Below, in pieces: positions 62,966 to 64,000 of a stretch of DNA of 64,000 nt (position 1 is the stretch's first letter; every line of letters begins with the position of its first letter). The position numbers and the translations under genes are program-made. This DNA is from an uncultured Armatimonadia bacterium (lineage in GTDB: Bacteria > Armatimonadota > Zipacnadia > CAZGSV01), in assembly GCA_964528605.1 (NCBI GenBank), contig CAZGSV010000002.1, positions 14,563 to 78,562 of the forward strand, read 5' to 3'. The notes beneath the pieces were generated by a model. That model was not told the origin of the DNA, did not search any database, and saw only the letters and a list, made by a program, of their open reading frames with translations.

Positions 62966-64000
62966 TCAGAACCGCAGGCTGGCCTCCGCCCGCCAGCGGC
63001 CGCTCTCGGGATCGAAACCTGCGATGACCACGGGCCGCTCCCGCTGCGTCTTCCCGTCGAACTGCGGCGGCCGGCTGCCCGGCACGTCCACTATGAGCAG
63101 ATAGCCGCTCAGGAACCCCATGATGGCGCCGTTGCGCGTGGCCACCAGTATGTTGTGGTCCCTCTGGTGGCGGTCCACCCAGCCGGAGCCCTCGTACTGG
63201 AACTGCTCGATGCCGCCGACGAGCAACGATACCCCCCCGGTCCATAGGGCCATGCGAGTGCCCCGCCGCCATCGCTCTCCGCCGCTCAGCGGGCGCGGAC
63301 GAGGCGTGACCACCTCTTTGCGGGCCCAGCGACCGGATGCGTCTTGCTCGTATTCGTCCTCCACGATGTGCCTTATCTGCTCGGTGCGCTTCTCCGAGGG
63401 TGGGTGCGTGGAGAAGATGCCGCCCAGAGCCTGCCCGCTCCCGTAGCGCTGCATCATTTTCTCCTGGAAGCGGATGGCGTCGTGCGGGTCGTAGCTCGCC
63501 TGCACCATCATGTACACCCCGTTGCGGTCGGCGTCGTACTCGTGGATGCGTCCGTAAGAGGTCGCCAGCATCGCCAAGGTGGCGTCTTGCACCACCTCGG
63601 TGGCCTCCACATCGCGCTCGTGGCCCGACTGGTACTCGTAGTCGGAACTGAGCGCCGTGTTGACCACCACTAGGCCGAGCAGCATTCCGTACTGCTTCGC
63701 GATATGGCCACGGATGTTGTGGGCCAGTTCGTGGCCGAGCACGTAGGCGACCTGCCCTTCGGAGTCAACGAAGTCCAGCAGGCCGGTGTAGACGACGACC
63801 TTGGTGCCGTCGGCGTAGGCGTTGATCTCATTGCTCTCCTGCACGTACACCGGGTAGGGAAGCGGGACCTTGGCGTTCTTGAAGGCTTCGTCCACCCGCT
63901 GCAGGCGGTCCACATTGGCAATGTGGCCGGCGTCCACCAAAGGTATCAGCGGCGGGCCCCCCTGGGCCGCCGCCATTCCTGCGCTCAGCAGTAGGAGCAG
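62966..64000 (-). CDS. M48-family zinc metallopeptidase. It is 5'-partial, because the frame is open to the window end.
   Basis: It has the HExxH motif LGHELAHNIRGH plus a downstream E. Upstream of the first M, the frame reads LLLLLSAG (the tail of a signal peptide) to position 64000. Confidence 0.7.
   Translation of the reverse strand: MLLLLSAGMAAAQGGPPLIPLVDAGHIANVDRLQRVDEAFKNAKVPLPYPVYVQESNEINAYADGTKVVVYTGLLDFVDSEGQVAYVLGHELAHNIRGHIAKQYGMLLGLVVVNTALSSDYEYQSGHERDVEATEVVQDATLAMLATSYGRIHEYDADRNGVYMMVQASYDPHDAIRFQEKMMQRYGSGQALGGIFSTHPPSEKRTEQIRHIVEDEYEQDASGRWARKEVVTPRPRPLSGGERWRRGTRMALWTGGVSLLVGGIEQFQYEGSGWVDRHQRDHNILVATRNGAIMGFLSGYLLIVDVPGSRPPQFDGKTQRERPVVIAGFDPESGRWRAEASLRF

Noticed and set aside
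1-64000. Searched for rRNA, RNase P RNA, tmRNA, and transposase, integrase or phage structural genes.
   Set aside because: I found no matching conserved signatures, such as the RNase P GGAAAGUCCGG, the tmRNA ANDENYALAA tag, DDE or tyrosine-recombinase motifs, in any frame. Their absence is stated as a negative observation only.

Overview
This is a high-GC (roughly two-thirds G+C) bacterial chromosomal window that is densely coded on both strands. I recognise housekeeping genes: dnaE, hisD, rpmE, prfA, a DUF1385 gene, relA/spoT followed by dtd, thrC, rtcB, a TrpB2-type tryptophan synthase beta homolog, an ECF sigma/anti-sigma/RseB-like operon, a UbiB/ABC1 kinase and a CPA-type cation:proton antiporter. 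I also see an SRP RNA and two intact tRNA-Ser genes followed by a third, 5'-only tRNA-Ser fragment. Accessory content includes three toxin-antitoxin modules: two HEPN/MNT pairs and one DUF4258/DUF2283 pair. There is also an orphan DNA methyltransferase. Many genes encode secreted proteins or carbohydrate-active-looking enzymes, which together with a prepilin-type pseudopilin suggests a Planctomycetes/Verrucomicrobia/Armatimonadetes-like lifestyle. That phylum-level guess is inference only. The most unusual features are listed here. (1) A pervasive family of short GC-rich palindromic repeats bounded by TAGG/CCTA. One cluster sits in-frame inside a 622-codon ORF. Other copies truncate a GIY-YIG gene and accompany a 5'-duplicated tRNA-Ser fragment. 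(2) A sharply AT-rich tract of three imperfect ~85-bp direct repeats. (3) A tandem array of four divergent paralogs of an uncharacterised ~385-aa protein, with a TA module inserted in the array, lying next to a wHTH-MNT/HEPN pair and the AT-rich repeats. I found no CRISPR array, no rRNA and no obvious transposase. The high GC produces many long antisense ORFs, including a 972-aa frame opposite dnaE, which I treat as artefacts. Coordinates of the RNA features may be off by 1-2 nt, because one text block near 20520 did not reconcile exactly with the ORF track.
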